Assembly (NCBI GenBank): GCA_965228855.1
Contig: CBDDIJ010000005.1
Span: forward strand, 928,001-992,000
Length of the DNA: 64,000 nucleotides
Source: Candidatus Obscuribacterales bacterium
Lineage (GTDB): Bacteria; Cyanobacteriota; Vampirovibrionia; Obscuribacterales; Obscuribacteraceae
Reading direction: 5' to 3'
Below, piece by piece: positions 38,860-49,325 of this stretch. Position numbers and translations under genes: made by a program. The notes beneath the pieces were generated by a model. It saw nothing but the letters and a program-made list of their open reading frames with translations. It was not told the origin of the DNA and ran no database searches. How positions within the stretch are numbered: position 1 is the stretch's first letter; every line of letters begins with the position of its first letter.

Positions 38860-41460
38860 CTACGCCGCTGCTGCCAGCAATTGAATCAAGTCCTCGCGAA
38901 GCTCCTCTAAATTCTGATAACGCGCGCTAGGATCTTTTGCCATCATTTTGCGAATCACAGCATCCAGGTCCCGGCCGAAATTAGCTTCAGGTCGGGCTTC
39001 GCGAATAGATGCCGGTGGTTGATAGAGGTGAGAACAGATTATTTCAAAAAACGAATTACCACGAATCGCACGAACTCCAGTAAGAGTCTCAAACAAAACG
39101 CAGCCGAGCGAATATATGTCGGAGCGAGAATCAAGAGGCTGTCCCTGACATTGCTCAGGACTCAGATATGCAGGGATTCCTGTAACCGGTCCGGTGATAG
39201 ACAGCGGGTCGAGCTGTTCACCTTCCGGTGACAAGCGCTTCGCGATACCGAAGTCGACAATTTTCGCAAGCTCAAGTGGCGTTCTTGGATCGACAAGCAA
39301 GATATTGGCCGGGCAGATATCGCGGTGCACTACGCCAGCGTCATGCGCGACTGACAATCCATCAACGATTTGAAGAAAGATAGCAATACATCGTTCGACG
39401 TCGAAAGGTCCGTCCTTTTTCAACAAGTCTTCGAGCGAAACTCCTCGACTAAATTCGAGCACCAGATATGGTTGGTCACCGGATGCGATACCAAAGTCAT
39501 GGAGGCGCACGAGGTTGGAATGGTCGAGTCTACTTATGCTTTTTGCATCTCGCTGAAAGCGCTGCGTCGCTACATCATTAAGCCGCAAGCCCTTGAATGG
39601 TGCAAGTATTTTGATTGAGAAAATTCGTTCGGAAAAGACGTTCCTCGCTTTATAAACGCGATGAGCGCCGTCATCCGGCAAGCGAGACAAAATCGAATAC
39701 TTGCCTGCGATTAACTTACCGACCCAATTATCGTTTTCCGATTTTGAGAGATCTCCAGTCGTGCCACAACGCAAATCATTTTTCCAGACGACATCCGTGT
39801 AACTGAGCGCGGCAAGCCCATCCGGGTCGCCCAATTCAGCCGCCTGTCGAAACAGATTTACAGCCAGTTCTTGAGACTCCTCTACACCATCACCAGTCAA
39901 ATGCATTCGACCGAGTTCCACCATTGAGGCAGTATGATTTCTGCGAGCCGCTCGATTGAGCCACTTAGCCGCCTCCTCTGAGTTTTGTGCAACACCCCAT
40001 CCGAGCAGATACATCATTCCGAGTTTAAACTGCGCGCTGAGCATTCCAAGGTTGGCAGCTTTCAGATACAACTCGCAAGCCCTGGTTCTGTCTTGCGAAA
40101 CGCCGGCGCCATGCTGGTAGCAATGCCCCTGCCAGACAAGAGCGCTCAAGTTAAATTGATCGGAGGCAGCTTTAAAAAGCTCGAACGCCTTCGCCTTGTC
40201 CTCCAAAACTTTAGATCCAAAAAAATATTGCCAGCCTAACTGTAGCTGAGCATCAGCGTTTCCACCCTCTGCTGCTGCGTTGAGAAATTGCAGCGCCTTC
40301 TCCTCGTCTTGCTCGACACCAAGTCCGGACTCATAACACTTGCTCAAACTCCAGAAAGCACCGACATGGCCTTGCTCTGCCGAACGCCTGTACCAGCGGA
40401 CCGCTTCGTCGATATCACCCTGCAAAAAATTACCATCTTCGAGCATGCGAGCGTAAGAGAGTTGCGCGTCCGCATCGCCCGATTCCGCCAGCGCTCTCCA
40501 CTGTTCGGCAGAGCGTGCCGGTGCGGGCTGATACTCTTTCGCCTCCTGCTGTTCTTCTTCTTGCGGTAACGAATCAAACTCTTTCGACGATTCGATCTCC
40601 TCAAGCATGTCGCGCGCATGAACATTGCCGGCTTCACTTGCTCTCACCAGCCAGCCATGAATTTCATCATGCGGCGGTCGATACATCTCGAATAAAACCA
40701 TCGCAAGTTGCACCATCGCATCTGAATCACCTTTGCGCGCAAGGCTGCGAAACAGCTCAGCGGCTCTGGCGATATTTTTCTCGACGCCATGCCCATTCAA
40801 ATACAAAGTCGCAAGCAACGACTTCGCATCATCGTCGTAATCCGCGGATAAGTGCAACCAGAATGCAGCTTCCAGCGGATCGCGCGCGACTGTTTCACCT
40901 TCAAAAAACATTTTGCCGAGGCTGACCTGAGCGGCAAGATTACCTTGTTCACCCGCTTTACGTCCCCAATACAATGATTTCTCAAGGTCGGGCAAGCTCA
41001 AGTCGGCGCCGTTTCTGTAAATATCAAACAAAGCGAGTTGCGCCCACTGATGCCCGTTTCGCGCGGAGCGCTCATACCAGTCTAGAGCGGTTTCAATATC
41101 ATAGGCGACCAGATCGTCAGCAGTGTAAATTTCACCGAGGAAGAACTGGGCCTCAGCGCATTCGCTTTCGGCAGCCCTGGAGAACCACTCGAAAGCCTTG
41201 GACTGATTCTCAGGAAAGTCGATGCCGTAGTGGTAGCGTTTGGCAAGGTCGTTCTGAGCTTCGGAATGCCCATTCTGAGCGGCAATCACCAGCCAGCGCG
41301 CGCCCTGCTCAAGAGCTTTGCTGCCCTTACCGCGGTCGACTTCCCAATCGTCGTCTTCCGGGGCACTCTCATCGAGCATCAGGACGGCTAATTCGTATTG
41401 CGCGTCAGCATTACCAGACTCTGCTCTGGTAACCAGGCTTTTCAAAGCGTCGTCATTCAT
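38860..41460 (-). CDS. Sel1-repeat protein with C-terminal Ser/Thr (pseudo)kinase domain
   Basis: Many AQxxLG...G.GV..D..A..W...AA..G repeats; kinase with HRDICPAN, DFG, YLSPE; Gly-loop degenerate. Confidence 0.9.
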   Translation of the reverse strand: MNDDALKSLVTRAESGNADAQYELAVLMLDESAPEDDDWEVDRGKGSKALEQGARWLVIAAQNGHSEAQNDLAKRYHYGIDFPENQSKAFEWFSRAAESECAEAQFFLGEIYTADDLVAYDIETALDWYERSARNGHQWAQLALFDIYRNGADLSLPDLEKSLYWGRKAGEQGNLAAQVSLGKMFFEGETVARDPLEAAFWLHLSADYDDDAKSLLATLYLNGHGVEKNIARAAELFRSLARKGDSDAMVQLAMVLFEMYRPPHDEIHGWLVRASEAGNVHARDMLEEIESSKEFDSLPQEEEQQEAKEYQPAPARSAEQWRALAESGDADAQLSYARMLEDGNFLQGDIDEAVRWYRRSAEQGHVGAFWSLSKCYESGLGVEQDEEKALQFLNAAAEGGNADAQLQLGWQYFFGSKVLEDKAKAFELFKAASDQFNLSALVWQGHCYQHGAGVSQDRTRACELYLKAANLGMLSAQFKLGMMYLLGWGVAQNSEEAAKWLNRAARRNHTASMVELGRMHLTGDGVEESQELAVNLFRQAAELGDPDGLAALSYTDVVWKNDLRCGTTGDLSKSENDNWVGKLIAGKYSILSRLPDDGAHRVYKARNVFSERIFSIKILAPFKGLRLNDVATQRFQRDAKSISRLDHSNLVRLHDFGIASGDQPYLVLEFSRGVSLEDLLKKDGPFDVERCIAIFLQIVDGLSVAHDAGVVHRDICPANILLVDPRTPLELAKIVDFGIAKRLSPEGEQLDPLSITGPVTGIPAYLSPEQCQGQPLDSRSDIYSLGCVLFETLTGVRAIRGNSFFEIICSHLYQPPASIREARPEANFGRDLDAVIRKMMAKDPSARYQNLEELREDLIQLLAAAA

Positions 41461-41623
41461 GAAAGCCCGTCCTCGGCCACCGCTGACTACACGCTAGCTT
41501 AGAAGCGCGCACATGACCAGCCCACAAACAACTGATAAGTGGGGATTTTCCCATAAAAATCCCCGAAGTTTTCTCTTAGATAGGTTGTGGGAATAATGAA
41601 AGGTCGGATCGCAATCGAGTCTT

Positions 41624-43858
41624 TTGAACACGAACTTCATGCCAGCAAGTTTAAACATAAACAATCGGAAGAAACGATTGAACAAGTGCAGCGTTGCAAT
41701 CGCGTTAGCGTTGAGCCTTTTGGCACCTGGCTTTTGGCATTACGTTAACGCCAAAAGTTTGAAACCGATAAAAGATGTCGCAACCGAAAACGAAGTCATC
41801 AAGCTCTACAACCAGGCGCTTCGTTACTCAAAGGGCGAGCGCAACGTTCATGCACGCGTAGTGCTTGAACAAGCGGCAAAATACGATCCAACATCAGTTT
41901 CGCCATACATTCACGCAGCTTTGTCGGAAATCTATCACGACCTGGGAAACCCGGACAAAGCGATTCAAGAAGGGCTTGCAGCCTTGCGTTACGACCCGTC
42001 AATGAAAGACATGTATTACAATCTTGGACTGTTTTGCAAGGACGCGAATCGCTATAACGAAGGAATCCAATATCTCAACAAGTTCGTTGAAATGTCGTCC
42101 GGCGACAAGCGAACTAACGCATTAGCACTAATCGAGAGCCTCACTAAAGAACAGCAAAAGATGGGCGCGTTCTCCAACAACGATCCGGATTATCTCGGGC
42201 AGTTGATGGCGGAGGGTCAAGCCCACTACTGGCCAGCGACGAAAATTCCACTCAAGGTTTTCATCGATCAAACATCCGATGCCCGAGGATTTAAACCGGA
42301 ATTCGTTGGCATCGCGCATGATGCCTTCATCACCTGGTATCAGGCATCGGGGAAGAAACTGTCGTTCGCATTCGTAAACACACTCGATGAAGCGGACATC
42401 AACGTCGAATGGACCGACGGAATGCTTAAAGTCGGCGATGAAAAATACGAGCGCACCAAGGCGGGCTTAACGACGACAACGCGCCGTGAGCATACGATAG
42501 AGCGAGCGCGAATTCAGATTCGTACAGTTCAAGCGTTCACGAAAAATCCGGAACCGGTTGACCGGATCAAAGAAACTTGCCTGCATGAAATCGGGCACGC
42601 TCTGGGCTTAAACGGACACTCAACCAGCACCGCGGATATCATGTATTTTGGAAACAGTACTCGCCAGCTGCCCGCATTGACAAAGCGGGACAAGGCGACA
42701 ATGGCGAGATTGTATTCGACGTATCCTCCATTTCCAATGATCGGCGTTGATAGCAGCTTTCCTTATCCTGCACCGGTAACAAGCATTCCTCAGCTCACGG
42801 GCAATGACGGAAGCAATTACGGTGGCAGCTACGGAAATGCGAGCGGCGGATACAATGCTAATGGCGCCGGTGGTTACGACGCCAATAATGGTGGCACTTC
42901 TGGTGCTGGCGGAAATTACAATGGTGGCGCATACGGTGCTACCAATAGCTCAAATTCCTCCGGCGGAAGTTTCGCAAACACCAGCGACTCAGGCACATCA
43001 GGCGTAGGTTCTGCGAATGCCGGCGACTCTGGAAAGTCAAGCGGCAGTCCTGACGAACTCCTCTCAATTCCTGCCGACGAAATCGAAGCGGCGACCGATC
43101 CAGGAACGCCGCTACCGCCGACACCACAACAAGCGGCAGCTGAACAATCCGGAAATCAAACCGCTCCCGTTAGCGCAGCGACGTCGCAACTTCCGGGATG
43201 GAGTCCACCTGGCGCGGCCAGCGGAATGCCGGTGCAATCATGGCAGACACCAGCCGGAAACGCGCCACCATATGGGGTGGCATGGCCGCAACAACCGCAA
43301 GCACAACCCATTCAGCGACCGGTGACACCATACACACAGACCGGATATGGACCGCCAAGCTACGGGTCACAATCGTATCCTGTGCAACAACCAGTCATGC
43401 CGTACGCTACGACTCCGGCTCAATACGCTGCACCTACCGGACAGACATGGCCGCAGGCTCAATACGCTGCACCTACCGGACAGACATGGCCGCAGGCTCA
43501 ATCACAATATTCACAACAAAACAACTTTGCCGGAAATCAACCAGTGGTTCAGAACGGATATCAGCAAAACATGAATGCACCTGTGACAATGCAATCTCCA
43601 GGCGCCGGGCCGGATCAATCAACAGCAGGCGGTCAGCAGAATCCTGTAATGCAATTCGCCCAACAGTTTATGCCGCAAAACGGACAACAGGGCGCGCAGG
43701 GTCCGAATCCGATCATGCAATTCGCGCAACAGGTTTTTCAAGGCAATCAAAACGGTCAGCCTGGAGCGCCGCAGCGTACGCCAGGTCAGATGGTCGACCA
43801 GGTGTTGCAGATGTTCAATCCGCAGCAGCAGCAACAGCAGCAGCAGCAGCAGCGATAA
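41624..43858 (+). CDS. TPR + matrixin (M10) metalloprotease with long Gly/Gln/Pro-rich tail
   Basis: HEIGHALGLNGHS...DIMY zinc motif and Met-turn; TPRs; poly-Q end. Confidence 0.9.
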   Translation: MNTNFMPASLNINNRKKRLNKCSVAIALALSLLAPGFWHYVNAKSLKPIKDVATENEVIKLYNQALRYSKGERNVHARVVLEQAAKYDPTSVSPYIHAALSEIYHDLGNPDKAIQEGLAALRYDPSMKDMYYNLGLFCKDANRYNEGIQYLNKFVEMSSGDKRTNALALIESLTKEQQKMGAFSNNDPDYLGQLMAEGQAHYWPATKIPLKVFIDQTSDARGFKPEFVGIAHDAFITWYQASGKKLSFAFVNTLDEADINVEWTDGMLKVGDEKYERTKAGLTTTTRREHTIERARIQIRTVQAFTKNPEPVDRIKETCLHEIGHALGLNGHSTSTADIMYFGNSTRQLPALTKRDKATMARLYSTYPPFPMIGVDSSFPYPAPVTSIPQLTGNDGSNYGGSYGNASGGYNANGAGGYDANNGGTSGAGGNYNGGAYGATNSSNSSGGSFANTSDSGTSGVGSANAGDSGKSSGSPDELLSIPADEIEAATDPGTPLPPTPQQAAAEQSGNQTAPVSAATSQLPGWSPPGAASGMPVQSWQTPAGNAPPYGVAWPQQPQAQPIQRPVTPYTQTGYGPPSYGSQSYPVQQPVMPYATTPAQYAAPTGQTWPQAQYAAPTGQTWPQAQSQYSQQNNFAGNQPVVQNGYQQNMNAPVTMQSPGAGPDQSTAGGQQNPVMQFAQQFMPQNGQQGAQGPNPIMQFAQQVFQGNQNGQPGAPQRTPGQMVDQVLQMFNPQQQQQQQQQQR
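43418..43502 (+). repeat. perfect 39-bp in-frame tandem duplication (AQYAAPTGQTWPQ x2)
   Basis: gctcaatacgctgcacctaccggacagacatggccgcag repeated exactly. Confidence 0.9.
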
Positions 43859-43905
43859 TCCGCAATCGACTAGCGGTAGTAGATTTACGAATCAACTCAA
43901 TCAGT

Positions 43906-44379
43906 TCAAGGCGAAGTTTTCGCAGCTTGATTGCGGACGTAAACAATGAAGTCGGTAGCTGCAGGCGTACCGCCTTTCTGTCTTACGATTTTGGCGATTT
44001 GACCTCTGTGGTATGCGCCGTGAAGCGTCACGTGAGTGAGAATGTCCATTACCGAGTCGCAGAACGGCTCGCCGCGGGTATTTTGATAGTCGATAGCGGT
44101 AAGTAATTTATCGTCCGTTACTGTTGAGAGAAATTCCGACCAGGTCTTTTCGCTCTCTGCGACTAAGGTCTGGCATTCGTCAATGGTTAGTGTCGGCCAC
44201 ACGGCAAACGCTGCGTGACTTGAAGTCAATCGCGAGAGCCAAACATTTTCAGCAGCGATCATGTGCGCGATTATTGGTGCACCTTCCTCGTGCGCCGCTG
44301 GACAGGCCTGAAGCGATGCCAGAGTTTTCTGGTTCGCCCAGGCTGTGTAGTTGAAGGAGCGAAGAATGTAGTTTTTCAA
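43906..44379 (-). CDS. DinB family protein
   Basis: YTAWAN, HMIAAENVWL, HVTLHGAYHRGQ. Confidence 0.92.
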   Translation of the reverse strand: MKNYILRSFNYTAWANQKTLASLQACPAAHEEGAPIIAHMIAAENVWLSRLTSSHAAFAVWPTLTIDECQTLVAESEKTWSEFLSTVTDDKLLTAIDYQNTRGEPFCDSVMDILTHVTLHGAYHRGQIAKIVRQKGGTPAATDFIVYVRNQAAKTSP

Positions 44380-44469
44380 GGAAAGTTCCGCCTCGATGCC
44401 TCTAGGTAGACGAGATTATCATAGTCGTTGATGTCAGACCTAGAGTTTGAGTTGTCGTTTAAGTCTGCG

Positions 44470-44844
44470 TTATAACCGTTCATACATAAAAATGTCGGAA
44501 GCAGCGACACAGATCTCCTTTTCGAAGACGAAAATGTGTTGTCCGGATCTATTAAAGAGATATCCAGTTCCGTGATAGACCCAGGTTTCATCGGAGTCAG
44601 AAACGAAACGGTATGGCTCTTTGAAGACACAGTCCGGAGCACCAAACTTAGATCTGATTTGTTTCTTGCAATTTCCGACTGATGGATCTTTCTTCCAGGC
44701 TTCGAGCTGTCCGCTAACCGGCACGCAATGCGGCAAACATTCCGTTTCGTTACTAGGTAAATCCGCGGGACTACTGCAGAGCTTCCAGAATCCAAAAGCC
44801 AGCCCTACAAGCAGTGCAAGAATGATAGTCTTCACGTGCATCAT
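44470..44844 (-). CDS. small membrane-anchored hypothetical protein (BamE/SmpA-like motif)
   Basis: N-terminal TM; KKQIRSKFGAPD...ETWVY. Confidence 0.55.
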   Translation of the reverse strand: MMHVKTIILALLVGLAFGFWKLCSSPADLPSNETECLPHCVPVSGQLEAWKKDPSVGNCKKQIRSKFGAPDCVFKEPYRFVSDSDETWVYHGTGYLFNRSGQHIFVFEKEICVAASDIFMYERL

Positions 44845-44969
44845 AAACGCACCATCACAATTCTACGGATCTATCCTAAGTTCTGAGCCCGTATTTTGAA
44901 AATGGTGAAATCACGACTTAACTAGTCCGCTGACATGACGCATGCTGTCAGCTGGTTTTGTGGATTGGT

Positions 44970-45479
44970 CTACAACCGGTCTTTGCCGCGAGCCACGTGA
45001 ATCATTCGCGCGAATTCGTAATCCCTGGGGCAATAAACGAAAATGACGCCCCATGGTACTTTCGCTTCATGTTCACGCTTCCGATACGCGAGCGGCGCGC
45101 TTCGTTTAATAGCGTCAACCAAGCCTGCTTGAATCGCCTTAAACTGTTTAATATCGACGTCGTTTTTCTCGCGCAGTTCTCCGCTATTCTTCTCACTTTT
45201 TACGTTTCGAACTTTGCCGTTTGGAAACAGCAAGAATGAAATCAGAATCTGAGTATCTCCGGCATCGGCTTTGGAAAGTTTGGGACCTTTGTAGTTCGTT
45301 TGAATCTTATTTAGATTGGGTGCTGACCACTCCCGTTCTGCAGTTTGCGGATCCTCAATTCGGTTAGCAGATGCGCCACTAATAGTGGTACTACTTAAGA
45401 GTGCCCCTACCAGTAGAGCCACCTTCATATTTCTATTTTTTAAAGCCGCGATATCGAAAAACATAGTCTGGAGGACCAT
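44970..45479 (-). CDS. secreted hypothetical protein (TonB-C-like)
   Basis: Signal peptide; ISFLLFPNGKVRNVK...DAIKRSAPL. Confidence 0.6.
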   Translation of the reverse strand: MVLQTMFFDIAALKNRNMKVALLVGALLSSTTISGASANRIEDPQTAEREWSAPNLNKIQTNYKGPKLSKADAGDTQILISFLLFPNGKVRNVKSEKNSGELREKNDVDIKQFKAIQAGLVDAIKRSAPLAYRKREHEAKVPWGVIFVYCPRDYEFARMIHVARGKDRL

Positions 45480-45535
45480 ACCCTTTTACCTTATCGTTTA
45501 AAGACAATCTATGTCGGCACGCCGCGTGCCAGCGT

Positions 45536-46747
45536 TCACTTCTTCGCGTTTCTCACAGACGACATCCAATAGCCCGGTGGGTTGGTATAGATGCGATGGA
45601 TCTGCGCTCTATCAGCGGGACTCAGCTGTCGACAAATATAATCGCCCCAGGCATCGATTGGATAATCCTCGGTCTTATACATGATGTCTTCTTTGCTGTT
45701 TAAATGACCGAGCCCGAATGCATGGCCGATCTCATGCGCTGCGATCGCTTTGCGAGACTTGTACCAGTCGCCCTGTTTGTACTTTTCTTTGCTTCCAAGA
45801 ACAATCTCGATGATTGCCGGCTGATTTGCTTCGCGCGGATAGTTACACATACCGACCGCTTCCGGCAGCGAATCACAGAAGAAAACCAGAATGTCGGCGT
45901 CTGCCGAGGAAGTCGTCTGAGTGAATTTGATCACGCTCTGCGTCGCCCACATCTGCAAACCATCGGAAACGGCGGTGCGATCTTCCGGACCGTAGTGTTC
46001 ATTAGCCCTCAATGTGTTGAGGAAATTTGGTTGTTTGAACATATTGCAGAGTTCGCGATATTCACTTCGTTTTAAACCGCCACGCGCGCGAAACTGCGAG
46101 GGAAGCTCCAGACCACCGGTCACACAAACTCGAAGTGGAAACGAATCAGGCAACCATCTGCGAACATCGGACCCTTCCGTGGTTGGTGGCATATCTTTCC
46201 CATTGCCACCGACAGGAGGTTCACCGCCGTCTCCTGCAGGAGGGGCTCCGACCGCGTTTGAAGCTGGGCGGCCGCTGGCAGTCATACTGCTAATCACCGA
46301 GGCAGGCAAGTGAATGCGTTTCATGCATGCATCAGCGCTCTTCGCTTCTTGCGAGTTCGGATACATCACGAGCAATCGACTGTAGCATTGCATTGCTCTT
46401 GCTTGATCGCCTGACGCATACATTGAATGCGCCGCATACAAGAGCACCGCTGGTCCCTGACCTGTTCCGTTATTCAAAGCGCTCTCAAAACGCGCAGATG
46501 CCGTTTTATAATCACCTTTTCGATAGGCATCCAACCCTGCCATTACATCAGATTGGGGAGGTCTGGCGCCTGCCGCGGATCTCTTCTGAGTGCTAGCGGC
46601 ACGCTTCGCCGCAGCTGGATGCTTGGAATCAGCCGTAACCGGACTCGCGGTTAGTAAAAAACCAATAGCCAGAGCACCGAGTGGAAGAATTCCGGCGCGG
46701 AAAATTTTTGTTTTACCCATTCGTTCCTGCCAGTCAGGGCATGTCAC
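45536..46747 (-). CDS. TPR + matrixin (M10) metalloprotease
   Basis: AHEIGHAFGLGHL...DIMY; signal peptide; TPR. Confidence 0.9.
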   Translation of the reverse strand: MTCPDWQERMGKTKIFRAGILPLGALAIGFLLTASPVTADSKHPAAAKRAASTQKRSAAGARPPQSDVMAGLDAYRKGDYKTASARFESALNNGTGQGPAVLLYAAHSMYASGDQARAMQCYSRLLVMYPNSQEAKSADACMKRIHLPASVISSMTASGRPASNAVGAPPAGDGGEPPVGGNGKDMPPTTEGSDVRRWLPDSFPLRVCVTGGLELPSQFRARGGLKRSEYRELCNMFKQPNFLNTLRANEHYGPEDRTAVSDGLQMWATQSVIKFTQTTSSADADILVFFCDSLPEAVGMCNYPREANQPAIIEIVLGSKEKYKQGDWYKSRKAIAAHEIGHAFGLGHLNSKEDIMYKTEDYPIDAWGDYICRQLSPADRAQIHRIYTNPPGYWMSSVRNAKK

Positions 46748-46807
46748 CTCGATGCTGCATATGATACAGCACTTTTTATTTCGATGCTCCGAATCAACTT
46801 TTTCGCG

Positions 46808-48031
46808 CTATTGATGATGGCGTTTCTGCATCAATGATTGCAGCGCAAGTTCCGACTCGTAGTCGTTTGGCATCATCTTCGTAGTGGCAAGTAGTTCAGC
46901 GATAGCACCATTTATGTCGCCGCGCTCTTTAAGCGCCATACCAAGTGCTTTGTGTAGTTCAGGACTCTTGGGGTTTATGGCGACAGCCAATCGATACTGC
47001 ATGACGGATGAAACGTGATCGCCAATTTGCGAATAAACCCACGCGAGACTCGAATGCGTATCGGCATCATTGGGCGCAAGCGAAACAGCCAGACGCGACT
47101 CGTCCAACGCTTCCGTGAGCCTGCGTTTGTTTGCCAGAACCCAGGCGCGACCGACATGCGCCTGGGCCGAATTCGGATCCAACCTCGTTGCGGTCGTGAG
47201 TTCTTCGAGGGCCTCATCCCAACGTTTTAACTTGCCGAGTGCCAGTCCGTACTTGCAGTGTGGAACCGGGTCTGATGGGTTTATCGCGATAGCTTTCTTG
47301 TACTGTTCATTCGAAAGTTCAGGAACGCGAGTAGCAACGTAACATTGAGCTAGAACCAGATACGGTACCACTAATTTTTCGTCGAGTCGAATCGAATCCT
47401 TGCACTCTTTGATCGCAAGCTGGTATTTACCGCTGTTTCGGTAACACTCACCGAGGTATGCATGGGCGAGCGCGTTGCCGGTATTTGTGCGCAGCGATGT
47501 CGAATATTCTTCCTGCGCAGCATCGTACTTACCCATCATGCGAAGAGCTTCTGCCTTGGAAAAGTGCGCATTCCCGCTCATGGGGCGAATTTTGATTACC
47601 CTGTCAAACTCCTTATTTGCTTCCTCATAGTCGGACATCGCCATTAGAATTTTGCCAAGCATGTAGTGCGCTTTTAAATTCTCAGGATCGAGTTTGACGA
47701 TATCCTGATATTCGATCATCGCATTCGTGAAGTCGCGACGATTAAAGAACGTGTCTCCAAGCTTGGAGTGGCGCGCGATCGACCCGACTACCTCGGGCGA
47801 CAACTCAGAAATCTCAGGCGAAGCGCTTTTCGGCTGCCCCGTCTCTTCGTCCAGATCCGTCTCAACGTTGATGCTGCGCGATTTCAGCGGATTGAATTGC
47901 TGAACCATATCGAGTGCTTTGTCTATAAACGGCACCGACGCCTCTGCACGATCCGCTTGAGCCAGTTGCCCAGCCGCTATACACGCGATTGCGAAAAACG
48001 ATATTCGGTTTCGATTGCTGGAGAACGCCAT
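46808..48031 (-). CDS. secreted TPR repeat protein
   Basis: About 9 canonical TPRs; signal peptide. Confidence 0.9.
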   Translation of the reverse strand: MAFSSNRNRISFFAIACIAAGQLAQADRAEASVPFIDKALDMVQQFNPLKSRSINVETDLDEETGQPKSASPEISELSPEVVGSIARHSKLGDTFFNRRDFTNAMIEYQDIVKLDPENLKAHYMLGKILMAMSDYEEANKEFDRVIKIRPMSGNAHFSKAEALRMMGKYDAAQEEYSTSLRTNTGNALAHAYLGECYRNSGKYQLAIKECKDSIRLDEKLVVPYLVLAQCYVATRVPELSNEQYKKAIAINPSDPVPHCKYGLALGKLKRWDEALEELTTATRLDPNSAQAHVGRAWVLANKRRLTEALDESRLAVSLAPNDADTHSSLAWVYSQIGDHVSSVMQYRLAVAINPKSPELHKALGMALKERGDINGAIAELLATTKMMPNDYESELALQSLMQKRHHQ

Positions 48032-48122
48032 TATGACTCTCGCAAGGTTCAGTAGGTCGAGACAACTCTATCACTAAGTTGGCTGTTTTTGCCTGCGCAG
48101 CAAGCCTGCGAGCCCCTTATCT

Positions 48123-48986
48123 TCACAATTGACTAGTCAGGGCCTGGACTTTCGAGATCTTATCGACTCTAAAAGTTCTTTCAGCTTGAGCTCGTTTGCA
48201 AAATGCCGTGAGGTACATATTGCCACGGCTGTGTATCAGTGCCGTAGGCTGAACAGTTCGAGTCGACTTGTACATGCCCTGATATTCCATTCGCATGGAT
48301 GCACTGTTCGATATGACTTCGCGAATAGATTCCACGATTTCGATTGTCCTTTCAGACAGCGATGCCATCGAGCTTTCAGCAAAACGATCGTAATCGAATG
48401 CACTGACGAATCCATTAACGGTCAAATCTTCCCAGCGCGATAACTGATATTCTTTCGACATGCATTTGAAAACGCCCTGCACGTGAATGCTGTCTGCGAG
48501 CGCTCTGTGATAGTCGCCTGCAGGTAAATTGAAATGCTCTACGACTGTTTTTAATTGATGATTTTTGGTTTCGCGCAAGAACTCGCGTGAGATCGTGAGG
48601 GTATCGACCACATAATTTCTCGGACAGGGAGCGCCTGCGCGAGCGAGATTTACTCGCAAAAACTCGACGTCGAATGGCGCGTTGTGTGCCATCATCACGG
48701 CGTCCGCGCCGGACCAATTTACGAAATCAATACATGCCTCTTTGAACGTCGGCGCACCTTCAACCATCTCGTCGGTAATACCATGAATGGCAGTGACTTG
48801 CGCGGGAATTGAGACTTCCGGGTCTATGAGCGTCGAAAAGGTTTCAAACTTCTCTTCGCCGAGTTTGAACTTGACTCCGGATAATTCAACCAGACGGTTG
48901 GCGACGGGCGAAAGACCTGTTGTTTCCACGTCAAACGCGACGAACTCCAGTTCATGCAAACCGGGATTACTATCAAACTGCACCAT
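48123..48986 (-). CDS. DEDDh 3'-5' exonuclease (DnaQ-like) fused to a WYL domain
   Basis: FDVETTG, AHNAPFD, HRALAD; C-terminal Y...RTVQP...YLTAFC...ERTFRVDKI. Confidence 0.9.
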   Translation of the reverse strand: MVQFDSNPGLHELEFVAFDVETTGLSPVANRLVELSGVKFKLGEEKFETFSTLIDPEVSIPAQVTAIHGITDEMVEGAPTFKEACIDFVNWSGADAVMMAHNAPFDVEFLRVNLARAGAPCPRNYVVDTLTISREFLRETKNHQLKTVVEHFNLPAGDYHRALADSIHVQGVFKCMSKEYQLSRWEDLTVNGFVSAFDYDRFAESSMASLSERTIEIVESIREVISNSASMRMEYQGMYKSTRTVQPTALIHSRGNMYLTAFCKRAQAERTFRVDKISKVQALTSQL

Positions 48987-49325
48987 ATGCTGCCTGCCAG
49001 TGAAAGTTGGTAAACGTCCGGGAATATCTTCCTACAGCTGAATACCGGCTACACTAAAAAGAAGGCTACATTGGGGTTTTAAAATCTTGGCTGTATGAGA
49101 TCGCGATACGATACCGATAGGCAACATATACAATGCGTATGAGCGCTCTCGAGCCAGCCGAATCTCAACGAGTGGAATATATCTTCTGGGGTAACAAGCG
49201 TCTGATCCTAAATCCACGCAAGCGACAGCTGTAAAAGGCGTCCTGATGCCCAATTGGTGGCGCAAGTGATTTTAGAATGCAGAATGGATAAACTAAAGAT
49301 ATCGAAGAGGATCCGCGTAGAATCG

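Noticed and set aside
43198..44106. 302-aa alternative-frame ORF
   Set aside because: Product of the low-complexity tail of the matrixin gene; overlaps DinB antisense.
44929..45530. Palindromes at 44929-44952 and 45516-45530 as a REP family
   Set aside because: They do not share sequence with each other or with 51668; more likely individual terminator-like hairpins.
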